Made by a program: the position numbers and the translations under genes. Below, piece by piece: positions 30,274 through 40,755 of a stretch of 64,000 bases of DNA. The notes beneath the pieces are model-generated. The model saw nothing but the letters and a program-made list of their open reading frames with translations. It made no database searches and was not told the DNA's origin. The first letter of the stretch is position 1; each line of letters begins with the position of its first letter. The stretch lies in assembly GCA_963828255.1 (NCBI GenBank), contig CAWHDZ010000023.1, forward strand, positions 23,090 to 87,089, in the 5' to 3' direction. The stretch is from an uncultured delta proteobacterium. Its GTDB lineage: Bacteria > Myxococcota > Myxococcia > Myxococcales > Anaeromyxobacteraceae.

Positions 30274-30302
30274 GGTGTATCGGCCCGACGGGGCCGGGTC
30301 AA
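30274..30302 (-). promoter_or_regulatory. Sigma70-type promoter for selC
   Basis: Minus strand TTGACC-N17-TACACC, ending 7 nt before the first tRNA base. Confidence 0.6.
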
Positions 30303-31885
30303 GGCGTCGAGGCGCCCCACGGTGCGAGGCGCAGCGCCGCGGCCTCGTGCGGCATGACCCGGCGCAGCACGCGGAAGTACTGCATGGGGGAGTAGAAGAC
30401 GAAGTTGGAGGCCCGGCTCGTGTACACGCAGGCGTAGTCCTCGATCTGCTCGCCGATGCGGGAGTTCTCGCTCCCCTCCTTGAAGGTGAGCCCCCAGTAG
30501 GGGTTGTAGCCGCTCTCGATGCTGGCCTGCAGCCCGGCCACGCGGCCGTTGGCGTCGCGCAGCGCGGCGCGGAGCGACTCGAGCTCCCGCTTCAGCCGCA
30601 CGCGCTCGGCTTCCATCGTGGGGCGGGACGGGTCCCCAGCGTTCAGCCGATCGAGCCGCCGCTCCACGGCGTTCAGCGCCGCCCGGTGCGCGGCCGACTC
30701 GTCGTCGACCCTGAGTCGAAGCTCCTCCAGCCCGGCCACCTCCTCCAGGTCGGCGCGGTGCTGGTCGAGCCAGTCGATCTCCCGCTCCAGTTCCTCGATG
30801 ACGAGGCAGGTGCGCCACTGCGAGCTCTTCTTCGAGCGCAGGATGTCGCCGTAGATGTGGTCGCCGACGTAGAGGACGCGATCCCCCCGGCCCCGAGCAG
30901 CTTCTCCAGCTCTCCCCGGTTCCCGCCCGCGTAGGTGCGGCCGCGCTCGAGGACCCGGACCTCCCCGGGGATCGGCGCCCCCGCCTCGTCGAGCTCGACG
31001 AAGGGGGAGCTCGAGGAGAAGAAGCCGGGCTTCCCCGAGGCCGTCATCACCGCGTCGAAGTAGTTGCGCCAGCTCGGGTACTCGGGGAGCACGCCGTCGA
31101 GCACGTGGCGCATCACCGCCTCGGTGTAGTCGAGGTGGGAGTTGGTGAGCAGGAAGAGCCTCTTCCCCGCGGACCGCAGCTTGTGGAGCGCCGGCCCCAG
31201 CTCCGGGTCGCGGACGATGAAGCGGGCCAGGTCGGCCTTCACGCGGGTCTTCAGGGTCCCGTCGGCGTGGATCTGATCCATCGACTCGCGGATGTCGGTG
31301 AAGAGCCGGTCGTAGTCGACCTTCTTCCCGGCCGCCTCCTCGAGGTCGATGACCTGCGCGAAGAGCGCGGCCTCGGGGAGTGCGAAGAGGGTGTCGATCC
31401 AGGCGAAGCGGGGCGTCGAGAAGGCGACCCGCTCGTCCCGGTAGAGCCGGTAGCGCTCCTCCTTCGGCACGGCGGCGAGGCCGTGGTAGGCCCGGCCGAC
31501 GTGGTTGTGCCGGTCCATCTTGCAGATGTTCCCGGTGAGCTTGTCCACGACGAGGCCGCGGATGACGAAGGCCGACAGGTAGCGGAGCTCGCGCAGCCGC
31601 TCCGGCCAGCCGCGCCGCTCGACCATCCGCTCGACGGTCATGTCGTAGGCCAGCTCCTCGAGCTGGAGCAGGTGGTAGATGGCCAGCGTGTAGTCCATGT
31701 CGAAGCCGACCACCTCGATCTTGTCCAGCCGGAGGTTCCGGTTGACGAAGATCTGGCGCGAGGCAGGGACGTCCCGGCCTCCGGCCCGCGGGCCGTCCAG
31801 GATGGTCCGGACCACCGGGTCGAGGTAGGCGGCGCTCAGCGCCGGGCAGGGGCTCGTTTCCGGCCAGATCTTCGCGTCCGGGCAT
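30299..31885 (-). CDS. HAD-IG family cytosolic 5'-nucleotidase, frameshifted near 30885 (start uncertain)
   Basis: IFVNRNLRL..VGFDMDYTL (motif I), FLLTNS and KPGFF; VLYVGDHIYGDI (motif IV) follows in another frame after a G-run. Start is ATG 31885 (requires a second shift) or GTG 31815. Confidence 0.85.
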   Translation of the reverse strand: MPGREDLAGNEPLPGAERRLPRPGGPDHPGRPAGRRPGRPCLAPDLRQPEPPAGQDRGGRLRHGLHAGHLPPAPARGAGLRHDRRADGRAARLAGAAARAPLPVGLRHPRPRRGQAHREHLQDGPAQPRRPGLPRPRRRAEGGALPALPGRAGRLLDAPLRLDRHPLRTPRGRALRAGHRPRGGGREEGRLRPALHRHPRVDGSDPRRRDPEDPREGRPGPLHRPRPGAGAGAPQAAVRGEEALPAHQLPPRLHRGGDAPRARRRAPRVPELAQLLRRGDDGLGEARLLLLELPLRRARRGGGADPRGGPGPRARPHLRGREPGRAGEAARGRGDRVLYVGDHIYGDILRSKKSSQWRTCLVIEELEREIDWLDQHRADLEEVAGLEELRLRVDDESAAHRAALNAVERRLDRLNAGDPSRPTMEAERVRLKRELESLRAALRDANGRVAGLQASIESGYNPYWGLTFKEGSENSRIGEQIEDYACVYTSRASNFVFYSPMQYFRVLRRVMPHEAAALRLAPWGASTP

Positions 31886-31943
31886 CCGAGGGAAGTAGCA
31901 CGGGGGTGGCCCCGGGGCGGAGGATCCTTGCGCGCCGTCGGGG

Positions 31944-32213
31944 GTGTGGCAGGCTCCGAGGGTGCCGGTTTCCACGCGATCCCCGCGCCCCCCGGGGCGC
32001 CGCCGCAAGCTCGGTCCCAGCGTGGGCGAGCTGGTCGAGCGGCTCGTCGCGCTCGAGGAGCGTCTGACCCGCGTCGAGGAGGGCAAGGCGCCCCCGGGCG
32101 ACGGGCGGAGCGCCTCGAAGCCGGTGGCGCGCCCCCCGCACCGCTGCATCGGGTGCGGGCTGCCCCTGCGGAAGCAGGCCGGGCGCTGCCGGTGGTGCGG
32201 ACGGCCGCTGTGA
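31944..32213 (+). CDS. Small coiled-coil + zinc-ribbon protein
   Basis: ELVERLVALEERLTRVE followed by CIGC...CRWC; stop is coupled to the next gene. Start uncertain. Confidence 0.6.
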   Translation: MWQAPRVPVSTRSPRPPGRRRKLGPSVGELVERLVALEERLTRVEEGKAPPGDGRSASKPVARPPHRCIGCGLPLRKQAGRCRWCGRPL

Positions 32214-33475
32214 TCCCGCTGGATCTCGGCCCGGTCGTCGCCCATACCCTGGCGAACGGCCTGCGCGTCCGCGTGCTCCCCGACCGGCTCGTCCCGGCGG
32301 TGAGCTACTACACCTTCTTCGGGGTGGGCTCCCGCAACGAGCGCCCCGGCATCACCGGGATCAGCCACCTCTTCGAGCACATGATGTTCAACGGCTCGGA
32401 GCGGTACGGACCGAAGGAGTTCGACCGGGTCCTCGAGGCCCACGGCGGCGCCTCCAACGCCTACACCTCCAACGACGTCACCGCCTACCACGACGACTTC
32501 GCGACCGACGCGCTCCCGGTGGTGATCGATCTGGAGAGCGATCGGATGCGGGCGCTTCGCATCACGGTGGAGGCGCTCGACCAGGAGCGCTCGGTCGTCA
32601 TGGAGGAGCGGCGGCTGCGGACCGAGAACTCCCACTTCGGCCTGCTCGAGGAGCAGCTCGAGTCGCTGGTCTTCCAGGCCCACCCGTACCGCTGGCCGGT
32701 CATCGGCTGGATGGACGACATCGCGCGCATCGGGCGCGAGGACTGCCTCGCGTTCTTCCGGACCTACTACGCGCCGGGGAACGCCTCGATCTACGTTTGC
32801 GGCGACGTGGACCCGGACGATCTGCTGCGCCGGATCGAGGCGGCCTACGGCCCGATTCCCGCCGGTCCCCCGGTTCCGTCCCCGATCGGCGGGGAGCCGC
32901 CCCAGCGCGGGGAGCGGCGGGCGAGCATCCGCCACCCTGCGCACGCCTCGGCGATGCTGGCCGGCTTCCGTGGGCCCGCCGCGCGGGACCCGGACACCGC
33001 GGTGCTCGACGTCCTCCAGGCCTGCCTGGCCTCGGGGGAGGGCTCCCGGCTGCGCCGGAGCCTCGTCCAGGACCAGGAGGTGGCGGTCTCGGTCGGCGTG
33101 GGGTTCACCTGGCGCGCCGACCCGGGAGTGTTCCTGGTGTCGATGGAGCTCGCGCCGGGCGCCTCGCAGCGCAAGGCCGAGGGCGCCCTCTGGGCGGAGA
33201 TCGACCGGGTCGCCTCGCGCGGGGTGGCGGAGCGCGAGCTGTCCCGGGCCCGGGCCCTGCTCCGCAGCAGCACGCTTCACGAGTTCTCCACCCGCAACGG
33301 GGTGGCCCACGCGCTCGGGCAGGCCGAGGCGCTGCTCGGCGACTGGCGCGAGGCGGGGAAGTCCCTGGAGCGGTACCAGGCCGTCACGCGGGAGGACGTC
33401 CGGCGGGCGGCCCGGGAGTGGCTCGCGCCGGCGCACCGGAACGTGGTCTGGCTCGACCCGCAGGACGTGTCGTGA
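32210..33475 (+). CDS. M16 family zinc peptidase, catalytic subunit
   Basis: HLFEH (HxxEH) motif, NAYTS, HPYRWPVIG. Confidence 0.93.
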   Translation: MIPLDLGPVVAHTLANGLRVRVLPDRLVPAVSYYTFFGVGSRNERPGITGISHLFEHMMFNGSERYGPKEFDRVLEAHGGASNAYTSNDVTAYHDDFATDALPVVIDLESDRMRALRITVEALDQERSVVMEERRLRTENSHFGLLEEQLESLVFQAHPYRWPVIGWMDDIARIGREDCLAFFRTYYAPGNASIYVCGDVDPDDLLRRIEAAYGPIPAGPPVPSPIGGEPPQRGERRASIRHPAHASAMLAGFRGPAARDPDTAVLDVLQACLASGEGSRLRRSLVQDQEVAVSVGVGFTWRADPGVFLVSMELAPGASQRKAEGALWAEIDRVASRGVAERELSRARALLRSSTLHEFSTRNGVAHALGQAEALLGDWREAGKSLERYQAVTREDVRRAAREWLAPAHRNVVWLDPQDVS

Positions 33476-34788
33476 CCGGCGTCGTCCTGCCCGAGATGCG
33501 CGAGGCGCGGCTCGGTAGCGGCCTGCGCGTGGTGGTGGCGCGTCGTCCAGGCGTCCCGCTGGCCGCCGCACGCCTCGCGGTCCGGGCGGGCTCCGCGCTC
33601 GATCCAGAAGGCGCCTTCGGCCTCGCCCATCTCGTCGCCATCTCGGCGCGGCGCGGCGCCGGTCGCCGGAGCGGCCGGGCCATCGACGACCTCGTCGAGT
33701 CGCTCGGCGCGAACCTGGCCGGGGGGGCCGAGGAGGACGCCTCGGTCCACGGGCTGTCGGCGCCGGTCGAGGTCCTCCCGCGCCTGCTGGAGGTCCTGGC
33801 GGCGGTGGTCGCACGGCCGACCTTCCCCCTTGCCGAGTTCGAGAGGCTCCGGCGCAGCGAGCGGGCCGAGCTGGCCCACGACGCCGACGAGGCCGCCACC
33901 GTCGCCGACCGCGCGCTCCTCGAGGCGGTCTACGCCGGCCATCCCTACGGCCATCCGGTGGAAGGGCGTGGCCAGGACCTGGGCAAGATCCGGCGCAGGG
34001 ACGCGGAGGCGTTCCACGGGTGCTGGTTCGGACCCGGGTCGGCGCTGCTGGTGGTCTCCGGACCGGTCGATCCCGGCGCCACGGTCGAGGAGGCCGAGCG
34101 ACGCCTGGGGGCCTGGAAGCCGGCGCCGGCCACCCCCGACGAGATCGGCGCCGCCATTCGCCGTCCGCGACGGGTGGTGGTCGTGGACAAGCCGGACGCG
34201 TCGCAGGTGCAGATCCGCATCGGCGGGGTGGCCATCCCGCGCCGGAGCCCCGATTACTTTCCCGCGCTGGTCGGCAACACGGTCCTCGGCGGCGGCTTCA
34301 CCTCCCGTCTCGTCGAGGCCATCCGGGTGAACCGCGGCCTCACCTACGGGGTGCGCTCCCGATTCGGCGTGGGGCGTTCCACCGGCATCTTCGCCGTCTC
34401 CAGCTTCACCAAGAACGAGACCGCGGGCGAGCTCGTCGAGGTGGCGCTCGAGGAGATGGCCCGCTTCGCGGCGTCCGGCCCCACCGGGGAGGAGATCACC
34501 CGGGGTTCGAGCTACCTGGCGGGACTCTTCCCGCTCTCGCTCGAGACCCACGACCAGTGGGCCGACCGGATCGTCGACGCCTGGATCTACGGCTACGAGG
34601 TGGACGAGGTCCGCGGGTACCAGGAGCGCATCCGGGCGGTCACGCCGGAGCAGGCGCAGGCGGCCACGGCGCGCCACCTCCCCATCGACGACGGCGTGGT
34701 CCTCGCGGTGGGGCCGGCGGGTCCGCTGGAGAAGCAGCTGGCCCGCTTCGGACCGGTCGAGGTCTGGCCGGTCCGGCGGGTCATGTGA
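33472..34788 (+). CDS. M16 family peptidase, non-catalytic subunit
   Basis: Lacks HxxEH; has HPYGHP and LGGGFTSRL..IR..RGLTY (R/Y pair). Confidence 0.9.
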   Translation: MTGVVLPEMREARLGSGLRVVVARRPGVPLAAARLAVRAGSALDPEGAFGLAHLVAISARRGAGRRSGRAIDDLVESLGANLAGGAEEDASVHGLSAPVEVLPRLLEVLAAVVARPTFPLAEFERLRRSERAELAHDADEAATVADRALLEAVYAGHPYGHPVEGRGQDLGKIRRRDAEAFHGCWFGPGSALLVVSGPVDPGATVEEAERRLGAWKPAPATPDEIGAAIRRPRRVVVVDKPDASQVQIRIGGVAIPRRSPDYFPALVGNTVLGGGFTSRLVEAIRVNRGLTYGVRSRFGVGRSTGIFAVSSFTKNETAGELVEVALEEMARFAASGPTGEEITRGSSYLAGLFPLSLETHDQWADRIVDAWIYGYEVDEVRGYQERIRAVTPEQAQAATARHLPIDDGVVLAVGPAGPLEKQLARFGPVEVWPVRRVM

Positions 34789-35468
34789 ACCTCCCGGTCC
34801 TGCTCGAGGACCCGCACCTCGTCGCGGTGGCCAAGCCGCCGGGGAGCATCGTCGTCCCGGGGCGGGGCGCGCCGGAGCGGACCGTCCGCGAGGAGGCCGA
34901 GGCGATCCTGGGGCCGCTCTGGGTGGTCCACCGGCTCGACCGCGGCACGAGCGGCGTGCTGCTCCTGGCCCGCAGCGCCGACGTCCACCGCAGTCTCTGC
35001 ACCCTCTTCGAGCGGCACCAGGTCTCGAAGCGCTACCTGGCCCTCGTCCGGGGAGCGGTGACCGGCGACCTGCGCGTGGACGTCCCGGTCGCTCCAGGCC
35101 GCAAGGGGAGGATGCGGGCCGGGGAGGGGCTTCCAGGGGCGCGCCCCTCGACGACCTTCGTCCGCCCGGTGCTCTCCTTCGGCGCCGCCGCCACCCTGGT
35201 GGAGGCATACCCGGCCTCGGGCCGGACCCACCAGGTGCGCGTCCACCTCGCCCACACCGGACACCCCCTGCTCGTGGACCCGGACTACGGGGAGCCCGCG
35301 CCGTGGCGCGCGCCAGGCGGGAGCGCCGCGCTCGACCGGACGCCGCTCCACGCCGCCTCGCTCGAGTTCCTCCACCCGGTCACGGGCCAGCCGACCCGCG
35401 TGGACGCGCCGCTGCCAGCCGACATGCAGTCGGCGATCGAGGCCCTTCAGGCGTCGAAGAGCGGCTGA
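34785..35468 (+). CDS. RluA family pseudouridine synthase
   Basis: KPPG, VHRLDRGTSG, GRTHQVRVHL and LHA motifs. Confidence 0.92.
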   Translation: MNLPVLLEDPHLVAVAKPPGSIVVPGRGAPERTVREEAEAILGPLWVVHRLDRGTSGVLLLARSADVHRSLCTLFERHQVSKRYLALVRGAVTGDLRVDVPVAPGRKGRMRAGEGLPGARPSTTFVRPVLSFGAAATLVEAYPASGRTHQVRVHLAHTGHPLLVDPDYGEPAPWRAPGGSAALDRTPLHAASLEFLHPVTGQPTRVDAPLPADMQSAIEALQASKSG

Positions 35469-36625
35469 CCTCGCTCGAAGGTCCGGATGGCGAAGGCGCA
35501 GACCACCAGCGCCAGGACCAGGGACGACCCGGTGGCGAGGAGCGCCTGGGACTGGACCAGCGGCGTCCCGCGCACCAGCTCGTTCACGATCATCTGCTGG
35601 CCCAGGAAGGGCACCGCGTAGAGCCAGGCGGGCGGACGCGCCGACTGGAAGGCCAGCGCCATGCCGGGCAGCGAGGGGACCAGCATGAGCAGGGAGAGCG
35701 ACGTCTGCGCGGCGCGGAAGGTGCGGGCCCGGGCGGCGAAGATCACCATCAGCGCGGCGGCCACCAGCACGATGGGAAGGCAGAGCAGGAAGGTGGTGAG
35801 GAGCATCCCCGGGTCGAGCTGGACCGAGAAGCCGATGCGGGTGGACGGGACCGCAAGCGGGACGATGCCGAAGCCGATCAGGGTCTCCGCAAGGGTGGCC
35901 ATCCCGAAGAACCCGGAGGCGCAGATCTTGGCGAGGACCAGCGAGGAGCGCGGGACGGGAGCGGCGAAGAGCGGCTCGAGCGACTGGCGCTCCCGTTCAC
36001 CCGCAGTGACATCGATGGCGATGGGCATCCCGCCGGTGAACATGGCCATGACCAGGAAGAAGGGGATGGTTGCGAGGAGCATGGCGGCGCGGCTGGCCGG
36101 GGTGGAGACGTCCTCCCGCTCGACGGCGAGCGGCTCGATCACCCCGGGGTGGATGCCCCGGACGATGAGCCGCTGCGCGGCCACCTGCTGCGACCAGGCC
36201 GCGAGCAGCCGCTCGGCCGTGGCGGCGGCCGGCCGCGCCTGGTGGCGGGATTCGTCGAGGATGAGCCGGACCGGTGCGGGCTGGCCGGCGCGGAGCTTCT
36301 CGCCGAAATCGGGCGGGATGACGATGACCACCGGCACGTCGCCCCGGCGCACCGCCTCGACCGGGTCGGCGGGGGCGTCCACCACCCGCGCCCCCTGCTC
36401 CAGCAGCGCGACCAGGTTCGGCGCGTTCTCGCGCCCGGCCACCGGGATGGCGACCCCCTTCTCGTCGGCCTGCCGGGACGAGTCGGAGACCAGGTAGAGC
36501 ATGACGATGACCAGGATGGGGCCCAGCACCGGGAAGAAGAGGGCGGTGACGAGCGCCTTGCGATCGCGAACGCCCTCGCGGAGCTCCTTGGCGAGGACGA
36601 CCCAGAACGAGGAGAGCCAGCTCAC
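35447..36625 (-). CDS. ABC-2 permease, NatB-like
   Basis: KELREGVRDRK and AIDVTAGERERQSLEPL motifs. Confidence 0.88.
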   Translation of the reverse strand: MSWLSSFWVVLAKELREGVRDRKALVTALFFPVLGPILVIVMLYLVSDSSRQADEKGVAIPVAGRENAPNLVALLEQGARVVDAPADPVEAVRRGDVPVVIVIPPDFGEKLRAGQPAPVRLILDESRHQARPAAATAERLLAAWSQQVAAQRLIVRGIHPGVIEPLAVEREDVSTPASRAAMLLATIPFFLVMAMFTGGMPIAIDVTAGERERQSLEPLFAAPVPRSSLVLAKICASGFFGMATLAETLIGFGIVPLAVPSTRIGFSVQLDPGMLLTTFLLCLPIVLVAAALMVIFAARARTFRAAQTSLSLLMLVPSLPGMALAFQSARPPAWLYAVPFLGQQMIVNELVRGTPLVQSQALLATGSSLVLALVVCAFAIRTFERGQPLFDA

Positions 36626-37353
36626 GCGAGACCCTCCTCGGAGCCGATGGCCGCCACGAAGGCGTCCTCCAGGCTCTCCTTCCCGGTCTGCCGGCGGAGG
36701 TCGTCGGGGGTTCCCTCCGCCACCACCGCCCCGCGGGCGATCACCACCACCCGGTCGCAGAGTGCCGAGACCTCCTGCATGACGTGGGACGAGAAGAGGA
36801 TGCAGCGCCCCTGGTCGCGCAGCTGCCGGAGCAGCGTCCGGACCTGCCGGGTGGCGGCCACGTCGAGGCCGTTGGTGGGCTCGTCGAGGACCACGTTGCG
36901 CGGGTCGTGGACCAGGGATTGGGCCAGCGCCACCTTCACCCGCTGTCCCTGCGAGAAGCCCTCGGTCCTCCGGTCGGCGATGTCCTCCATTCCGAGGGCG
37001 GCCACGAGCTCGTCGGCGCGCGCCCGCAGCGCCTCCCCGGAGAGTCCGTGCATCCGGCCGAAGTAGAGGATGTGCTCGCGCGCAGTGAGCCGGGTGTAGA
37101 GCCCCTGCGCGTGCGGGAAGACGCCGAGCCGCCTCTGGGCCCCGAGCCGATCGGTCGACAGGTCGATCCCGTCCACCGAGGCCACGCCCGCGTCGGGGCG
37201 GAGCACGCCATAGACGATGCGCAGCGCCGTGGTCTTGCCCGCGCCGTTGGGGCCGAGGAGGCCGGTGACCTGCCCGTCGGGGACCTCGAAGGAGATGCCG
37301 CCGAGTGCGCGGACGTCACCGAAGGATTTGGAGACCGCGTCGAGGCGGATCAC
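36622..37353 (-). CDS. ABC transporter ATP-binding protein, NatA-like
   Basis: GPNGAGKT, FSQGQ, LDEPTNGLD, SSHVMQEV. Confidence 0.9.
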   Translation of the reverse strand: MIRLDAVSKSFGDVRALGGISFEVPDGQVTGLLGPNGAGKTTALRIVYGVLRPDAGVASVDGIDLSTDRLGAQRRLGVFPHAQGLYTRLTAREHILYFGRMHGLSGEALRARADELVAALGMEDIADRRTEGFSQGQRVKVALAQSLVHDPRNVVLDEPTNGLDVAATRQVRTLLRQLRDQGRCILFSSHVMQEVSALCDRVVVIARGAVVAEGTPDDLRRQTGKESLEDAFVAAIGSEEGLA

Positions 37354-38809
37354 GGAGATCCTCCCTGGAGGTCGAGGAAGATGGGGGAGGGGCGCAGCCG
37401 GTCCAGGCAGGAGACGTCGAGCCCGTCGGCGCTGCCCTGTTTCACGAACTCGGCGACGATGCGGGGGATGCAACCCCGGGCGAAGACGCCGTGCCCCTGC
37501 CCGGGGACGGTGATGCGCCGGGAGGCGGGGAGAGTGGCCGCGGCCAGGTCGGCCCAGCGGGGCGGGGTGACCGGGTCGGCCTCGCCGGAGAGCAGGAGCG
37601 CCGGGACCTCCATGCGCGGCGCCTCGTGGAACGCGGGGTCGAGCGGCGCGCGCGGCCACTCGGCGCACAGGCCACGGAAGGCCTCCCGGGCGCCGTTGCC
37701 GAGGAACGTGGGTGCCGCGCCGGGGGCCGGATTGGCGTAGAGGGGGACGTCCTCCGAGCAGAGCACCGAGAGCTGCAGCGGCCGGGACATGCCGGCCTGG
37801 ATGTCGGTGACCGCCAGGATGCCCTGTGCGGCGAGCGGGGCGAGGTCGCCCTGCCGGGCCTGGCGGATGAGGGGGGGAGGAGGGCGGTGGTCTCCGGGGC
37901 GTAGAGGAAGGCGAGCGCCACTTGCCGGAGCGCGTCGCCGTCCACCGTGAGGTCGATCGGCTCGCCGGTGACCGGGTGGCGGGCCCGGACCTTCTCCGGC
38001 TTCGCGTCGAGGCGGACGATGAGGTCCCGGAAGTCCTTCTCGAGGTCGGGGTAGCGCTCCCGGCAGGCGGGCTCGTCGGCGCAGCGGGCGAAGAGGCGCC
38101 AGAGGGCCGCCTCCGAGTCCACGTCGAAGTCGGCGCCCACGATCATCTGGAAGGGGACGACCCCGTCGAGGACCATGGTGCGAACCCGGTCCGGGTGGGC
38201 CCGGGCGTAGGCGAGCGCCGCCCGGGTGCCGTAGCTGAATCCGACCAGGTTCAGCCTCTCGTAGCCGAGCGCGGCGCGCACGGCGTCGAGGTCCCGCACG
38301 TGGTCGCCGGTGCCGTACCGGGTGAGATCCACGGGGAGCGAGCGTGCGCACTGCCCGGCGACCCGGCCGGCCTCGGCGGGGAGGAGCTCGACGTCCCGGT
38401 CGGCCCTCCCGATCTTCGGGCAGGAGAGGAGGCCAGAGCCGCCCGTGCCCCGCTGGTCCACGAGGACGATGTCCCGCTCGCGGTGGAGCCGGTCGAAGGC
38501 GGCGGCGATGCGCGGGTAGACCTCGGTGATGGACTGCCCGGGGCCGCCGGCCAGGACGAAGACCGGGTCGGGCTTCGAGGACGGGTTCTCGGAGGGGAGG
38601 ACGGCCACGCGCAGCGTGATCTTCCTGCCCTCCGGCTTGCCCGGGTCCTCCGGGACGTCGAGGGTCCCGCAGCGCGCCGGGATGCGGACCGCGGCGATCG
38701 GGTGGGCGAGCTGGCAGGCGGCGAGGACGATGCCCTTGCCGGGGGGCGCTGCGGAGGCTGGGCCTCCGGCGAGCAGCACCAGTGCGGCCAGTGCGGCGCG
38801 TCGGTTCAT
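37350..38809 (-). CDS. Secreted alpha/beta hydrolase (S33/TAP-like peptidase), frameshifted near 37872
   Basis: Signal peptide, LAGGPG, DQRGTG, GFSYG; catalytic D (ADPVTP) and H (GQGHG) are in a second frame after a C-run. Confidence 0.85.
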
Positions 38810-39507
38810 GGCGGCCTCGGTGGTGCGCCCTCGGGCGCGGTCTCGCCCAGCTCCGCGGCGAGTACGGACACGAGAGGGGATTCGGGGGAGCGGGAGCGGA
38901 GGAGGGCGAGCAGCTCGCGCGCCTCGTCGGGCCTCTCGTTCCTCCGGAGGAAGCGGGCCTTCTCGACGAGCTTCGCCGAGGCCACGTCGCCAGGCAGCGT
39001 CGTCACCCGGTCGGTGAGGATCCAGGTGCTCGCCCCGGGGCCGGCGTCCACCTCGGTGAAGAGGTCCTTGGTCTTCCGGATGAAGAGGAGCGTGCCCGGG
39101 TCGAGCTTGCGGCGCGCGTTGGCCGCGAGGAGGTCGGGGCGGTCGAAGGCCCAGGCCACCGCCAGCACGGTTCCCTCCTGGACCTGGGAGGCGGGGAGGA
39201 GGGAGGCGCTCTTCATCCAGCCCTCCGCGCCGTCCGATGCGCGGACCCGTGACCAGTCGTCCCGCCCCTCGAGGAGCGTGACGCGCTCCCCGCGGTGTAG
39301 GGTTGCGATCTTCACCCTGGCCTGCTCGGTGGGCTCGCGCCGGAGGGTGGCGAGTACCGTGACGAAGCGGGACGCCGGGTCGGCCGGTGGCTCGGCCACT
39401 GCGCCGCCGGTGGGGAGGTCGAGCTTGCCCGGGCGGCCGTCGCGGCTGCAGGCAGGGAGGAGTGACGCAAGCGCTGCGGCGACGAGGATCGTTCTCCAGG
39501 GGGGCAT
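38806..39507 (-). CDS. SH3b-domain lipoprotein
   Basis: Lipobox LLPAC; TLHRGERVTLLE..DWSRVR..DG.EGW SH3 pattern. Confidence 0.75.
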   Translation of the reverse strand: MPPWRTILVAAALASLLPACSRDGRPGKLDLPTGGAVAEPPADPASRFVTVLATLRREPTEQARVKIATLHRGERVTLLEGRDDWSRVRASDGAEGWMKSASLLPASQVQEGTVLAVAWAFDRPDLLAANARRKLDPGTLLFIRKTKDLFTEVDAGPGASTWILTDRVTTLPGDVASAKLVEKARFLRRNERPDEARELLALLRSRSPESPLVSVLAAELGETAPEGAPPRPP

Positions 39508-39509
39508 CG

Positions 39510-39899
39510 TCACCGCTTCCCGTGGACGAGGGTCTTCACCCCGGTCCGGAAGGTCACCTCGACCTTGCCGGGCGCCTTCACCGCGGAGACGAATCCCCGG
39601 CCGAACGTGGCGTGGTCGAGGACGTCGCCGGCCGCGAGGAGGACCGTGGGGGCGTAGCGGCGTGGCTCGCCGGTCTGGCCGGCCAGCATCTCGTCGAAGG
39701 AGACGGCGGGGGCGCGCTTGACGGTGCGCCCGGCCGTGCTCCTCGCCGCGGTCGAGGCGCCGCGGAAGCGGTGCACGTTCCGGCAGGTGTTGCACTCGAC
39801 CTTCACCGGGACGGCGCCGACCATGGCGATCACCGTGTGTGCGAGGAGCAACTGGCACCTCGTGCAGAACGCATCCACCTCGCCCCCGACGCTTGCCAT
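39510..39899 (-). CDS. Zinc-ribbon + Tudor-like small protein
   Basis: CTRC..H..CNTC..H, then GDVLDHATFGRGFV..KVEVTF..GVKTLVH. Confidence 0.75.
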   Translation of the reverse strand: MASVGGEVDAFCTRCQLLLAHTVIAMVGAVPVKVECNTCRNVHRFRGASTAARSTAGRTVKRAPAVSFDEMLAGQTGEPRRYAPTVLLAAGDVLDHATFGRGFVSAVKAPGKVEVTFRTGVKTLVHGKR

Positions 39900-40001
39900 G
39901 TGGCGGCGGAGTATAGCCGCAAGGGATGCAGGGCGCAGGGCGTCGTTCGATGCTAGTGTGCGGGCTTCGCGCGAGGGCCGGGGACGGCCGGGGGAGGAGG
40001 C

Positions 40002-40751
40002 GTGGGGCGCATCCGGGCGGTCTTCGAGGACTTCGGCGGGCAGGTGCTCTTCGCCGGCGAAACCCTGGCCTGGGCCGTCCGCCCCCCGTTCCGCCTCGAG
40101 CTGCTCCTCCACCAGGCCGCCGCCATCGGGGTGGGGTCCACCTTCATCGTCGCCGTGACCGGCCTCTTCTCCGGGATGGTCCTGGCGCTCCAGGGCAACT
40201 ACGCCATGCGGCAGTTCGGCGCCGAGGGCTACGTGGGCGGCTTCGTGGCCATCAGCCTGGTGCGCGAGCTGGGGCCGGTCTTCACGGCACTCATGGTCAC
40301 CGGGCGGTCGGGCAGCGCCATCACCACCGAGCTCGGGACCATGCGGGTCACCGAGCAGATCGACGCCATGGAGTCGATGGCGGTGAACCCCGTCCACTAC
40401 CTGGTCGTCCCCCGCGTGGTGGCGGCGACGCTCATGATGCCCGTCCTGTCGGTGGTCTTCACCGCCATGGGGTACCTGGGCGGCTACCTCATCGGCGTCT
40501 ACGTCTCGCTCATCCCGCCCGGCCCCTTCCTCGACCACACCAAGTCGATGCTCGACATCCCGGACATGACCCACGGCCTCTCCAAGGCCGTCATGTTCGG
40601 GGCGGTGGTCTCCCTCATCGCCACCTACCGGGGCTACAGCGCCGCGGGGGGCGCCCGGGGCGTGGGGGACGCCACCACCCAGGCGGTGGTCTGGAGCTCG
40701 GTCGCCATCCTGGTCGTGGACTACCTGCTCACCTTCATCTCCATCGGCTGA
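40002..40751 (+). CDS. mlaE: MlaE family lipid ABC permease
   Basis: RELGPVFTALMVTGRSGSAITTELGTMRVTEQIDAM motif. Confidence 0.93.
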   Translation: MGRIRAVFEDFGGQVLFAGETLAWAVRPPFRLELLLHQAAAIGVGSTFIVAVTGLFSGMVLALQGNYAMRQFGAEGYVGGFVAISLVRELGPVFTALMVTGRSGSAITTELGTMRVTEQIDAMESMAVNPVHYLVVPRVVAATLMMPVLSVVFTAMGYLGGYLIGVYVSLIPPGPFLDHTKSMLDIPDMTHGLSKAVMFGAVVSLIATYRGYSAAGGARGVGDATTQAVVWSSVAILVVDYLLTFISIG

Positions 40752-40755
40752 CCGC

